Shown here piece by piece: positions 1 to 10,023 of a stretch of DNA of 64,000 nt (its first letter is position 1; each line of letters begins with the position of its first letter). A program made the position numbers and the translations under genes. The DNA is taken from contig JARWZO010000005.1 of assembly GCA_029866325.1 (NCBI GenBank), positions 215,049-279,048 of the forward strand, written 5' to 3'. Under the pieces are notes generated by a model. The model did not search any database. It saw nothing but the letters and a program-made list of their open reading frames with translations, and had not been told where the DNA came from. This DNA is from Fluviicola sp. (GTDB taxonomy: Bacteria > Bacteroidota > Bacteroidia > Flavobacteriales_D > Crocinitomicaceae).

Positions 1-1
1 G

Positions 2-775
2 GTATTGGATGATGAAGGGAATGAGTTGATCTTGCCGAAATCAGAACAAATTCCTTCCGATTACTTCAAAAAAGGCGAATCCATTCGTGCAGTTGTATCG
101 AAAGTGGATATGCGCAACAGCAGCCCGGTAATTATCCTTTCACGTATCGCCCCTGAGTTCTTGGAGCGTTTGTTCGAATTGGAAGTTCCGGAAGTATTCG
201 ACGGATTGATCACCATTAAGCGCATTGTGCGTGAACCGGGAGAACGTGCTAAAGTTGCCGTAGAATCGTATGATGATCGTATCGATCCTGTTGGAGCTTG
301 CGTAGGTATGAAAGGTTCTCGTATTCATGGAATCGTTCGCGAGTTGCGCAACGAAAACATCGATGTGATTAACTTTACAAACAACCCTAAGTTGTTGATT
401 CAGCGCGCATTATCGCCTGCTAAAATCACTAACATTGAAACAGACGAAGAAACGAAACGCGCAAGCGTTTACCTGAAACCCGATCAAGTATCGTTGGCCA
501 TCGGAAAAGGTGGGTACAACATTCGCTTGGCTGGGAAACTAACAGGATATGAAATAGATGTGTTTAGAGACGGAGAAGCTGACGTGGAAGATGTTGATTT
601 GGAAGAGTTTGCAGATGAAATCGATAGCTGGATCTTGGATGAATTGAAGGCTGTCGGTTGCGATACCGCCAAGTCTGTTTTGGAATTATCGTTAGAGGAT
701 TTGGTGCAACGCACCGACCTCGAGGAAGAGACCATTCAGGAAGTTCTAAAGATTCTTCGTTCGGAATTCGAATAA
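2..775 (+). CDS. nusA: Transcription termination/antitermination factor NusA (5' part lies outside the window)
   Basis: KH-domain motifs REPGERAKVAV, DPVGACVGMKGSRI and LAIGKGGYNIRLA; directly upstream of infB. Confidence 0.97.
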   Translation, partial: VLDDEGNELILPKSEQIPSDYFKKGESIRAVVSKVDMRNSSPVIILSRIAPEFLERLFELEVPEVFDGLITIKRIVREPGERAKVAVESYDDRIDPVGACVGMKGSRIHGIVRELRNENIDVINFTNNPKLLIQRALSPAKITNIETDEETKRASVYLKPDQVSLAIGKGGYNIRLAGKLTGYEIDVFRDGEADVEDVDLEEFADEIDSWILDELKAVGCDTAKSVLELSLEDLVQRTDLEEETIQEVLKILRSEFE

Positions 776-873
776 TTGACCAACACTAACTATCTTTATC
801 CACTGAAATACAGCGTTAAATCTATCTTTTGGTAGGTGAAAGTGCTGATTATTAAAAAAGGAGCAAATTAAAT

Positions 874-3753
874 ATGGCCGGTAAAGCACAGCGTTTAGGC
901 AAAGCAGCAGGGGAGTTGAATGTGGGAGTTTCCACCATTGTCGAGTTTTTGAACTCGAAGGGAGTTTCCATTGATATGAATCCCAATTCCAAATTGGAAC
1001 CGGAGCAGTATGAAATGCTGCGAACCCAATTTGCTGCAGACCAAAACTTGAAGGAGCAATCCAAATTGTCTGCGGTGAAACGCGAAAAACGCGAAACAAT
1101 AACGCTTCGCGATGTAAAAACGGAAGATACAGTAGTGGAAGATGATGATGATTTTGATTCCTCTGTATTGGAACGTGTGAAAACACAACCTGTGGCCGCA
1201 CCGAAGCCTGTTGCTGAAACTCCTGCTCCTGAAGCAAAAGAAATCGTACCGGAAGAACCGAAAGCAGTAGAACCTGAAGTTGTTGCTCCAACAGTCGCTC
1301 CTATTGTAGAACCGGCAGCAGATTCTTCAGATGTGGGAGATGCAAATGCTGGACCGCAAGTAATTGGGAAAATCGACCTCGATAAACTCAATACACGCAC
1401 CCGTCCGGATAAACGCAAAAAAGAAGACGGACCGATTGATAAATCGGACTATCCTACTACAGCAACACCGGATGCTGCGGCAGAACCTGCGAAAATTGAA
1501 AAAGAAGAAAAACCGACTCCAGAACCGGATGCACCTAAGGAAATTGAAACAATTCGCGTTGAAACTCGCAAATTATCAGGTCCAACTGTACTCGGTAAAA
1601 TAGAATTGCCTGTTGAACGACCGAAATCGGTTGGTTCTTCACGCCCTGGTGATGATCGCAAGAAGCGTAAACGCATCAAAAAAGAACTTCCGGCTAAACC
1701 GGGAACTACAGGTCAAGCTCCGGGAACAGGACAAGGAAATCAGAATCGTCCTGGCGGCGGTCCGGGTGGACAAAATCGTCCGGGTGGTGGTCCAGGCGGG
1801 GCAAACAAAGGAAACAACTTCAACAAGTCGCGTTTTGATAAACCGGCCGTTTCCGAACAAGACATTCAAAAAGAAATCAAAGATACGCTTGCCCGTTTAT
1901 CTTCTACCGGAGGTAAATCGAAAAGCTCCAAAAACCGTCGTGCGAAACGTGATTACTTATCACAACGTCGTGAATTGGAGCAGGCAGCAGCCGAAATGGC
2001 GGAAAGCATCTTGAAACTAACCGAATTCGTAACGGTTTCGGAGTTGGCAAGTATGATGAACGTTTCTCCGACACAAGTTATCTCGGCTTGTATGTCGTTG
2101 GGAATTTTCGCTTCCATCAACCAGCGTTTGGATGCTGAAACCATTCAGATCGTAGCCGAAGAGTTCGGATTTGAAACGGAATTCGTTTCTGCCGACTTGC
2201 AAGAAGCTATTCCTGAGGTAGAAGACCGCGAAGAAGATTTGATTGACCGTCCGCCGATTATTACGGTAATGGGTCACGTCGATCATGGTAAAACGTCGTT
2301 ATTGGATAAAATTCGTAATGCGAACGTAACCGAAGGCGAGGCTGGAGGAATCACCCAGCATATCGGTGCTTACTCGGTAACGTTGAAAGATCAGCGAAAA
2401 ATGACTTTCCTCGATACACCGGGTCACGAAGCCTTTACCGCGATGCGTGCACGTGGTGCTCAGGTAACGGATGTCGCCATTATTATCGTAGCAGCAGACG
2501 ACGATGTGATGCCACAAACAAAAGAGGCAATCTCTCACGCTCAGGCAGCAAACGTACCGATGGTATTTGCCATTAACAAAATTGATAAACCGGGAGCAAA
2601 TCCTGATAAAATCCGCGAACAACTTTCTGCCATGAATATTCTGGTGGAAGAATGGGGTGGAAAATACCAATGCCAGGAAATTTCGGCCAAACAAAACCTC
2701 AATATCGATGCCTTGTTAGACAAAGTATTGCTGGAAGCAGAAATATTGGCATTGCGTGCTAATCCGTCGAAAAATGCTATTGGTACCGTAATTGAATCTT
2801 CATTGGACAAAGGAAAAGGATATGTTACCAACATGTTGGTACAAGCCGGAACCATGAAAGTGGGAGATGTGATCTTGGTAGGTAGAAATTACGGTCGTGT
2901 GCGTGCCATGCACGATGAGCATGGTGTGACTTTAAAAACTGCGGGTCCAAGTCAACCGGTTTCCGTGTTGGGAATCAATGGCGCGCCAAGTGCAGGAGAT
3001 ACCTTCCACATCATGGATGACGAACGCGAAGCGAAAGCAATTGCTTCTAAACGCGAGCAGTTGTACCGTGAGCAAGGTTTGCGTACTACAAAACACATTA
3101 CATTGGATGAAATCGGTCGTCGTTTGGCGATTGGTGATTTCAAGGAATTGAACTTGATTGTAAAAGGTGACGTGGATGGATCCATCGAAGCACTTTCCGA
3201 TTCATTGTTGCGATTGTCAACTGAGCAAATTCAGGTAAACATCGTTCACAAAGGAGTTGGTGCCATTACCGAGGCCGATGTGAATTTGGCTTCCGCATCC
3301 GATGCAATCATTGTCGGTTTCCAGGTAAGACCTTCGGTTCCAGCCCGTAAATTGGCTGAGCAAGAACAAATCGACATTCGACTTTACTCGGTAATCTACA
3401 AAGCCATCGACGAGTTGAAAGCGGCCATGGAAGGAATGCTTTCACCGGATATCGAAGAAAAAGTAATCGGAACAGCCGAAATTCGTGAGACATTCGACAT
3501 TACCAAAGTGGGAACCATTGCAGGTTGTTATGTAATGGACGGATTGATCAAACGTAGCTCTAAAATACGCGTGATTCGCGATGGTATTGTGATCCACAGC
3601 GGAACTTTGGGTTCATTGAAACGTTTCAAAGACGACGTGAGAGAAGTGAAAAACAATTACGAATGTGGTTTGAACATTGATAAATTCAACGACATCAAAG
3701 TAGGTGACATAGTTGAAGCGTACGAAGAAGTAGAAGTTGCACGTAAGTTGTAA
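874..3753 (+). CDS. infB: Translation initiation factor IF-2
   Basis: G-domain motifs GHVDHGKTSLLD, DTPGHEAF and NKID; typical C-terminal domains; follows nusA. Confidence 0.99.
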   Translation: MAGKAQRLGKAAGELNVGVSTIVEFLNSKGVSIDMNPNSKLEPEQYEMLRTQFAADQNLKEQSKLSAVKREKRETITLRDVKTEDTVVEDDDDFDSSVLERVKTQPVAAPKPVAETPAPEAKEIVPEEPKAVEPEVVAPTVAPIVEPAADSSDVGDANAGPQVIGKIDLDKLNTRTRPDKRKKEDGPIDKSDYPTTATPDAAAEPAKIEKEEKPTPEPDAPKEIETIRVETRKLSGPTVLGKIELPVERPKSVGSSRPGDDRKKRKRIKKELPAKPGTTGQAPGTGQGNQNRPGGGPGGQNRPGGGPGGANKGNNFNKSRFDKPAVSEQDIQKEIKDTLARLSSTGGKSKSSKNRRAKRDYLSQRRELEQAAAEMAESILKLTEFVTVSELASMMNVSPTQVISACMSLGIFASINQRLDAETIQIVAEEFGFETEFVSADLQEAIPEVEDREEDLIDRPPIITVMGHVDHGKTSLLDKIRNANVTEGEAGGITQHIGAYSVTLKDQRKMTFLDTPGHEAFTAMRARGAQVTDVAIIIVAADDDVMPQTKEAISHAQAANVPMVFAINKIDKPGANPDKIREQLSAMNILVEEWGGKYQCQEISAKQNLNIDALLDKVLLEAEILALRANPSKNAIGTVIESSLDKGKGYVTNMLVQAGTMKVGDVILVGRNYGRVRAMHDEHGVTLKTAGPSQPVSVLGINGAPSAGDTFHIMDDEREAKAIASKREQLYREQGLRTTKHITLDEIGRRLAIGDFKELNLIVKGDVDGSIEALSDSLLRLSTEQIQVNIVHKGVGAITEADVNLASASDAIIVGFQVRPSVPARKLAEQEQIDIRLYSVIYKAIDELKAAMEGMLSPDIEEKVIGTAEIRETFDITKVGTIAGCYVMDGLIKRSSKIRVIRDGIVIHSGTLGSLKRFKDDVREVKNNYECGLNIDKFNDIKVGDIVEAYEEVEVARKL

Positions 3754-3773
3754 TCAAACATTTGACATAATTG

Positions 3774-3810
3774 AATCCCTTTCTGCTTCGGTGGAAAGGG
3801 ATTTTTGTTT
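3774..3810 (+). terminator. Rho-independent terminator after infB
   Basis: Hairpin AATCCCTTTCTGC-TTCG-GTGGAAAGGGATT followed by TTTGTTT. Confidence 0.85.
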
Positions 3811-3903
3811 GGGGTAAAACAAAAAGGGCATCCTGTTTATTAACAAAGACACCCTTTTCACACAAATTATTATACTAACCATTGATTAAACAATCAAACA
3901 GAA

Positions 3904-4341
3904 TTATTGTTTATTCGGAATTAATTGATAAATCACACATCCAACGCAAAATGAAAAAACAGATTCCAATGTGGCGAAGATGATTAATAGACTTACGATT
4001 ACCAATGCTGTAATCGGCAAATCGATTAATTGGGAAAACAAGAATGTTGCAATCACCATCAAACCAAGCAAAGCTGCAAATTGTTTGGGTGCTGCATCGG
4101 TTGGTTTCGGAGTCAATTTGAAAAGATTGCTTAAACCAAGAGCCAACTGTCGTAGCAAACTAAAGCGCGCCGCATCAAATGCACGAAATCCGAAATCGAT
4201 TAGTAAAAACAACGTGATCAATGGCTGTTCTAACCACCAAGCTAAAAGCCCAAGAACAATTACTTGCGCAGCTATCAACCGCACCACATACTCGTTTACC
4301 CGCACCCCGTTTACCGGACAAGATACACCAACGCTTTCCAT
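3904..4341 (-). CDS. DUF4395-family membrane protein
   Basis: N-terminal CPxxxxRVNExxVR, hydrophobic helices and C-terminal LESVFSFCVGC; start set at the ATG of MESVG (4341), just after the peroxiredoxin stop. Confidence 0.7.
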   Translation of the reverse strand: MESVGVSCPVNGVRVNEYVVRLIAAQVIVLGLLAWWLEQPLITLFLLIDFGFRAFDAARFSLLRQLALGLSNLFKLTPKPTDAAPKQFAALLGLMVIATFLFSQLIDLPITALVIVSLLIIFATLESVFSFCVGCVIYQLIPNKQ

Positions 4342-4342
4342 G

Positions 4343-4981
4343 TTAATCAATGTTCGGTTGAGGTGTCAAACGCAGATAAGGTTTCACTTCCGTAAATCCT
4401 TTCGGGAATTTCGCGGGGATATCAGCCGTTTTGATAGCAGGAATAACCACCACATCTTCACCGTTTTTCCAATCGGCAGGGGTCGCTACACTGTAATTCG
4501 CTGTTAGCTGAAGTGAATCGATTACGCGTAAAATTTCATCAAAATTTCTTCCCGTGCTAGCCGGATACGAAATGATCAGTTTCACTTTTTTATCTGCTCC
4601 GATCACAAACAACGAACGAACTGTAAATGATTCCGAAGCATTCGGGTGAATCATGTCGTATAATTCGGCTACTTTTTTGTCTTTATCGGCGATAATCGGA
4701 AAATTCACCGTGGTATGTTGCGTTTCGTTGATGTCTTGAATCCATCCTTTGTGTGATTCTACATCATCAACCGATAAAGCCAGCACCTTTGTATTGCGGG
4801 CTGCAAACTCTTGAGCCAACTTGGCCGTTCTGCCCAATTCTGTGGTACAAACCGGTGTGTAATCCGCAGGATGCGAAAACAAGACGCCCCAGGAATCGCC
4901 CAGAAAGTCATATAAGTTAATGGTTCCAACAGAACTTTCTGCCGTGAAATCAGGGGCTATATCGCCAAGTCTTAGTGCCAT
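4343..4981 (-). CDS. 1-Cys peroxiredoxin (Prx6 subfamily)
   Basis: FSHPADYTPVCTTELG active-site motif, YPASTGRNFDEILR, and only one Cys in the protein. Confidence 0.93.
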   Translation of the reverse strand: MALRLGDIAPDFTAESSVGTINLYDFLGDSWGVLFSHPADYTPVCTTELGRTAKLAQEFAARNTKVLALSVDDVESHKGWIQDINETQHTTVNFPIIADKDKKVAELYDMIHPNASESFTVRSLFVIGADKKVKLIISYPASTGRNFDEILRVIDSLQLTANYSVATPADWKNGEDVVVIPAIKTADIPAKFPKGFTEVKPYLRLTPQPNID

Positions 4982-5116
4982 TTTATGAGGTTTTACTGTT
5001 TATAATCTATATATTCTACCAAATAAGTAGATTACAAAAGTAACAATACTTTTGTTAAAACAAACAGGATTGAAAAAAACAAGCAATATGTTTACAAGTG
5101 GGGATCAAAAATCCAC

Positions 5117-5168
5117 GAGCAAAATGCCAAATTCGTCTGCCGCGGCAGACAAATTTGAAATATTGCTC
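5117..5168. repeat. Intergenic palindromic (REP-like) element
   Basis: Perfect 16-bp palindrome GTCTGCCGCGGCAGAC (5135-5150) inside a longer imperfect stem GAGCAAAAT...ATATTGCTC; related palindromes occur at 29845, 45262, 45297 and 56163. Confidence 0.6.
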
Positions 5169-5232
5169 CTGAAAATCTGAAGGAAGTTCGTTAAAATGAA
5201 CGCCAACAGTCAATTACTTCATTCTTCCTGCT

Positions 5233-5240
5233 TACATTTG
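5233..5240 (+). promoter_or_regulatory. Bacteroidota sigma-A -7 promoter element (TACATTTG)
   Basis: Matches TAnnTTTG, 4 nt before the ATG at 5245. Confidence 0.6.
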
Positions 5241-5244
5241 CACC

Positions 5245-6513
5245 ATGTTATCTCCGGGTTCGAAAGGATGGATGGCCAAGTATTTTCAATTGGTTGAAAG
5301 CAAGCAAGTTGTATTGCGTTGGGAACAACCCGATGCGCTTCCTACCGAACAGTTTAATCACCACTTTTTGGCACAATCCGGAATTGTTTTCGGTTATCCT
5401 TCACAATTGCTGTTTGGAAAGGAACTCGATCAAACAAAATGGACCAAAAACGAAAAACTGACCGTTTTACTTTTCGAAGCACAGTTGTTTACCTACATGC
5501 GTGTCCGAAGACCTGATTCGTTTGAACCGGAGGTGTTTATTGATGAACTGACGAAGTTTTATAAGAACCATAAAATCAAGTCGCTGAGTTCGTTGATAGG
5601 CTATTTTTTCAAAGAAAGCAAAGAAGAAAAACTAGAGCGTATTTTGGCTAAGCGCACCGAGGTTCCCAAAAACATCGTTCACACCAAATCGTGGATGAGT
5701 TACCTCAACAATGCGTTTGTTTACCTAGATGTATTGTTGTTTGAAGAATTTCTCCTCACCGAAGGCGAAATGCGCTTCGATTATCAGGAACTGGCCATGC
5801 TTGCCCTTGCGGTAATTACCCTTTCAGCGTATTCCGACGGTGAATTAGAGGAAAAGGAAAAAACGATTTTCGAAGCGTTTTTGGTGTCTGCCGAATTGGA
5901 TGGTGATGAACGCGAAATAGCTCGACTTCGCTTCAAGGAAGGATCTTCGCTCAATGAATTGACGTCGGAATTGATTGATTCGTGGTACTACAAACGCTAC
6001 CTGCTTGATTTATCGTCGCTGACCATTTACTCGAATCACGATGCAGCCATAGAAGAGAAAGTATTTCTGCAGGAATTGTGTGCTTGGTTGCAGTTGGAAG
6101 AAATCAACCTCGATGAAGCCTTGGTAAGTTCCAATCAATTTGTGTTGGAAAACAACCAGCAAGTAGCCTTTTTACACGATGCTTCTTCGGTAGAATTGAT
6201 GGTGGATAATGTGTCCAAACGGTGGATCAAGATTCTGGGACGCAACAAAGACAAACTCGCCGTAGAATTGCGTCAGAGCAAAGAATTGGTGCAGTTGATC
6301 CGAAAATCCTCGAAAGAAGAACTGTCCAAGGAAGAAAAAGAAAAGGTAAAAACACAGTTTATGGACATTGTGAAATCAATGCCTGCCTTGGCAATTTTCT
6401 TGTTGCCGGGTGGTGCGTTATTGTTACCGATTGTCTTGAAAATCATTCCTAACCTCGTTCCCTCTGCTTTTCGGGAAAATGAGATTGAATCACAATCGAC
6501 GCCCAAAAAGTAG
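5245..6513 (+). CDS. LETM1-related protein with a TerB/DUF533-like middle domain
   Basis: C-terminal KAMPALAIFLLPGGALLLP-like LETM1 segment; central AYSDGELEEKEK resembles TerB-like folds. Confidence 0.65.
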   Translation: MLSPGSKGWMAKYFQLVESKQVVLRWEQPDALPTEQFNHHFLAQSGIVFGYPSQLLFGKELDQTKWTKNEKLTVLLFEAQLFTYMRVRRPDSFEPEVFIDELTKFYKNHKIKSLSSLIGYFFKESKEEKLERILAKRTEVPKNIVHTKSWMSYLNNAFVYLDVLLFEEFLLTEGEMRFDYQELAMLALAVITLSAYSDGELEEKEKTIFEAFLVSAELDGDEREIARLRFKEGSSLNELTSELIDSWYYKRYLLDLSSLTIYSNHDAAIEEKVFLQELCAWLQLEEINLDEALVSSNQFVLENNQQVAFLHDASSVELMVDNVSKRWIKILGRNKDKLAVELRQSKELVQLIRKSSKEELSKEEKEKVKTQFMDIVKSMPALAIFLLPGGALLLPIVLKIIPNLVPSAFRENEIESQSTPKK

Positions 6514-6537
6514 GTCCAACCATCATCACAACACTAG

Positions 6538-7485
6538 TTACTCATCAAAATACAGGCTGTAAAACGCTTCAACATTATCCAGATAAGTGCCGTCAAACCC
6601 GACATTGATGAGTTTCTTCGTGTATGAATCGTCGTTACCGTAAATGATTTCTTTCCATTCTTTTTTCCAGAATTTCACCCAAATCTCCTCTGAATATCCG
6701 TCGTATTCCTTTTTCAGCCAACGTGGTTTGTGTAGTTTCCAATCGTCTTGCCAATAGTAACGGTACTTTTCCGCCGAACCAACACTCATGTAGGCGATAA
6801 TCATGCGTTTTCCGCCATTTAATTTGGTTTTTAACGCATTGATTTCAGCCGAAGTATACAGATCTTCACCATAAAACGCGTCCATGATTACCACATCAAA
6901 GTTGGTTTGCTGAATGGCGGCCAAATAATCCTGTTTTGTTGAATATCCGCCATCACTTATGAGGTACAAATAGTTGCGGGCGTCGGATAATTTCAGCACA
7001 TCATTAGCATTTTCATTGGTAACCGTGGTTGGAATCTGCAGGTAATCGTAATTGCTCGAAACCCTCGGAAAAGCCAGAAATCCGGCATCGGCGTTGTATT
7101 GCACAGCTTGATTGTAATCGGCATCATTGCCCAAATAATCGGCTACCAAAACCGGAATGCGGACTTTTGCTTTCAAGAGCATTTGCAAGCGGTAATCATC
7201 GGGTGAGTAATTACCACCGTTGTAAAAAACCTCTTCAATACCAATGGCGTCAATCGCATTGATCAATCGTTCATCCAATGCGGATTCGCTATCCAAGTCG
7301 GTAAACAACAATTCTTCACCGTTTTGAGGAATGATGGCAAAATCAGGGTCAATTCCTTTGGCGTAATCACTGATTTCCACAATGAAATCCTGCATTTTAT
7401 GGCCTGCTTTATTACTCCGACGTTCCTTGAAACAGGAAGAAAGTGTCAGGATAATTACCAAAGAAAGAAATACCGGAATTCTCAT
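6538..7485 (-). CDS. Lipoprotein, endo-alpha-1,4-polygalactosaminidase (GH114 / TM1410-MJ1477-like)
   Basis: Lipobox LSSC; motifs IIPQNGEEL, IAYMSVGSAEKYRYYW, VKFWKKEWKEII and GFDGTYLDNV. Confidence 0.75.
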   Translation of the reverse strand: MRIPVFLSLVIILTLSSCFKERRSNKAGHKMQDFIVEISDYAKGIDPDFAIIPQNGEELLFTDLDSESALDERLINAIDAIGIEEVFYNGGNYSPDDYRLQMLLKAKVRIPVLVADYLGNDADYNQAVQYNADAGFLAFPRVSSNYDYLQIPTTVTNENANDVLKLSDARNYLYLISDGGYSTKQDYLAAIQQTNFDVVIMDAFYGEDLYTSAEINALKTKLNGGKRMIIAYMSVGSAEKYRYYWQDDWKLHKPRWLKKEYDGYSEEIWVKFWKKEWKEIIYGNDDSYTKKLINVGFDGTYLDNVEAFYSLYFDE

Positions 7486-7976
7486 AAGCGTTCATTCAAT
7501 AACTCCAGCATAACACTCCATTTTTCTATCTTCTTTTCAAGCCGCATACTAGCATAAGCACCACTTGGTGATGGCAACAGGGCATAGTTTTTAGTAGGAT
7601 TTAGGCCAACGTGTTTTTTGTAGAATTTCTCAGCTTTTCGACTCGTCCAAAATACATGTTGAATCTTCGGATGTGTTGCGTAAAATGTTTTAAAATCATT
7701 CGGGACTTCATTGCGGATAGCCGTATCTGCGCTTCCTTCGCCTTCGCAATGCGAAAGAACATCCCACAAGGCAATGTGTTTTCGCTGCACCAGATCAATG
7801 CGTTTTTTGTAATCTTTCGTAAAAGGTTCGTCAAACAGAGCAAAGAGTATTTTCCAGAACTGATTTCCGGTATGACCGTAATATTGTTGCAATTCCAACG
7901 AACGAACTCCGGGCATTGTGCCCAGAATCAAAATGTTGCTTTCCGAATCGATGATAGGCTGAAAGGCTACTTTCAT
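7482..7976 (-). CDS. DNA-deoxyinosine (hypoxanthine) glycosylase, UDG superfamily
   Basis: ILILGTMPGVRSL...YY...NQFW and LPSPSGA motifs. Confidence 0.85.
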   Translation of the reverse strand: MKVAFQPIIDSESNILILGTMPGVRSLELQQYYGHTGNQFWKILFALFDEPFTKDYKKRIDLVQRKHIALWDVLSHCEGEGSADTAIRNEVPNDFKTFYATHPKIQHVFWTSRKAEKFYKKHVGLNPTKNYALLPSPSGAYASMRLEKKIEKWSVMLELLNERL

Positions 7977-9106
7977 GTTTTGTTCTCGCTAAATGATGAA
8001 ACAATCGCCTTCCAACACACTTCAGCCGTTTTATCCCAAGAAAAAAGTTGACCTCTTTCCAAACCTGCTTTTTTTAGTTGGTTATAGATTTCCAAATTGT
8101 TGACCAATTCATGCATTTTCTCTGTAATCGCGGCAACATCAAACGGATCGCAATACAAGGCTGCATCTCCTGCCACCTCAGGCAAACTGGTTTTATTTCC
8201 GGAAATAATCGGGACTCCACATTTCATCGCTTCCACCAACGGAATTCCGAAACCTTCGAAATAAGGAACGTACACCAAACTGTGAGCAGCACCAACCAAT
8301 CGAGTTAAATCGGTTTGCGAAACATGTCCTGTAAAATGAATGCGGGTTTTGATGGATTCGCTCAAATCGGGTAACAGTAGTTGATTGTTTTTCCAAAGTG
8401 CTTCGCCTATGATCACCAAATCGATCTCCGTATTCCGTTCGCAGAATTGTGAATATGCTTGTAATAACCTTCCTACGTTTTTGCGCGGATGCAACGCTCC
8501 TACAAAAATAAAGTAGGGTTTTCCGGAACTGTGGCTTTTTCGCACTTCTGTAATGGTCATTTCATCGAGCGGTTTGAATAACTCAGAAGCACCGTTCCAG
8601 CCCACACTTACCTTGCTCTCCGGAATACCGTAAGTAGCACAAATATCTTGTTTTGAATATTCCGAAACGGTTACAATCTGCGCTGCCTTGCGAGCAAATT
8701 TCGGGAAGAAACGCTTTAAATATATGCGCGGTTGCCAGGGAATATCCTGTGGGTAATGCTCAAAATTCAAATCATGAATTACTCCTACCTGTGGCACGGT
8801 TGAACCAAGCGACAGATAACCGTCGGGCGAGAAAAACACATCTATTTTGTGTTTTTTCAGGGCACGCCTCACCGACCATTCAAACCAAATGTAGAATAGA
8901 ATCGGGTGCCTTGCCGGAGGATTGAGCACAACAGGAGTTACATTGGGACCGAACACAAATTTCGGATCAAACGCGCGATCAAAGAAAAACACAAACTCGT
9001 GTTCGGGGTGTTGTTCTACCAATCGTTTCACCACTTCGTAGGTATACCAGCCAAAACCTTCCATTTTGGAAGACAATAAAAACCGTGTGTTGATGGCGAT
9101 ACGCAT
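7973..9106 (-). CDS. Glycosyltransferase family 4 (GT-B)
   Basis: VGALHPRKN and YFEGFGIPLVEAMKCGVPII (EX7E motif). Confidence 0.9.
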   Translation of the reverse strand: MRIAINTRFLLSSKMEGFGWYTYEVVKRLVEQHPEHEFVFFFDRAFDPKFVFGPNVTPVVLNPPARHPILFYIWFEWSVRRALKKHKIDVFFSPDGYLSLGSTVPQVGVIHDLNFEHYPQDIPWQPRIYLKRFFPKFARKAAQIVTVSEYSKQDICATYGIPESKVSVGWNGASELFKPLDEMTITEVRKSHSSGKPYFIFVGALHPRKNVGRLLQAYSQFCERNTEIDLVIIGEALWKNNQLLLPDLSESIKTRIHFTGHVSQTDLTRLVGAAHSLVYVPYFEGFGIPLVEAMKCGVPIISGNKTSLPEVAGDAALYCDPFDVAAITEKMHELVNNLEIYNQLKKAGLERGQLFSWDKTAEVCWKAIVSSFSENKT

Positions 9107-9284
9107 GTGTGGTCAAAATAACTCATTTTTGATCAATCACCGGTTCGGTTCAATAGAATTCCGCTCATTTTTCCATACAAAATCACTACAAACAACAACA
9201 TTCCGTCAGGAATCCTATAAATAACCAACTAAATGTTCCTTTGGGTTTCCAACTTTTCCTAACTTCGCGGCATCATATAGGTGA

Positions 9285-10013
9285 ATGAAGAACGGCGTAA
9301 AATATCTATTGCAGAAAACATTGGGTTTACAGACCTATCTTTATGTGTTCGCGCTTTACAAAATCCGCACGCTTCGCTCCGATAAAAAGGAAAATGATTT
9401 TTTCACCTTCCTTTCAATGCTCAAAGATGGTAAAGGTGATGTTCTAGACATTGGCGCCAACTTGGGAATCATGACGGTGCATTTGGCCAATCATCTTCCC
9501 AATTCGACCATTCACGCGTTTGAACCAATGCCAACCAATGCGTCTATTTTGAAGCGCATTATCGCAAAATTCCATTTAAATAAAGCTAAAATTCACGAAG
9601 TTGCGCTCGGCGATGAGTCCGGAACGGTAAAAATGGTGCTGCCGGTAAACGGAGCAACTGTTATGCAGGGCTTGAGCCACGTGAAACACGAATCCATCAC
9701 AGAATGGAACGAAGGCAAAGAGGTGGATGTAAAATTGGATAAACTGGACAATATCATTAATGGTCAGATAATTCAAGGAATTAAAATAGATGTAGAGAAT
9801 TTTGAATATTTTGCCTTGAAAGGCGGAACCCGCATTATCAGTGCACATCATCCGATTATTTATGCTGAATTGTGGGACAATGAAAATCGCAAACAGTGTT
9901 TCGATTTGTTGACTAGTTTTAATTATTCGGTTTTTGTAGCAGGTAAAAACGGGCTTGAACCCTTCCAACCGCTTGTGCATCAAACTCAGAACTTTATCTT
10001 CGTAGCTGAATAG
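9285..10013 (+). CDS. FkbM-family methyltransferase
   Basis: VLDIGANLG, HAFEP and IKIDVENFE motifs. Confidence 0.88.
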   Translation: MKNGVKYLLQKTLGLQTYLYVFALYKIRTLRSDKKENDFFTFLSMLKDGKGDVLDIGANLGIMTVHLANHLPNSTIHAFEPMPTNASILKRIIAKFHLNKAKIHEVALGDESGTVKMVLPVNGATVMQGLSHVKHESITEWNEGKEVDVKLDKLDNIINGQIIQGIKIDVENFEYFALKGGTRIISAHHPIIYAELWDNENRKQCFDLLTSFNYSVFVAGKNGLEPFQPLVHQTQNFIFVAE

Positions 10014-10023
10014 CACCCCGCGC

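Noticed and set aside
746-1418. 181-aa and 188-aa minus-strand ORFs over infB
   Set aside because: Shadow ORFs produced by the biased codons of the infB linker.
1744-1800. Tandem NRPGGGPGG repeat inside infB
   Set aside because: Low-complexity Gly/Pro/Arg linkers are normal in the variable IF-2 N-terminus; the repeat is in frame and imperfect.
3820-3850. Hairpin AAAAGGG...CCCTTTT between infB and DUF4395
   Set aside because: Best explained as an ordinary terminator for the convergent minus-strand operon.
3971-4507. 178-aa plus-strand ORF
   Set aside because: Antisense shadow of the DUF4395 and peroxiredoxin genes, with no recognisable motifs.
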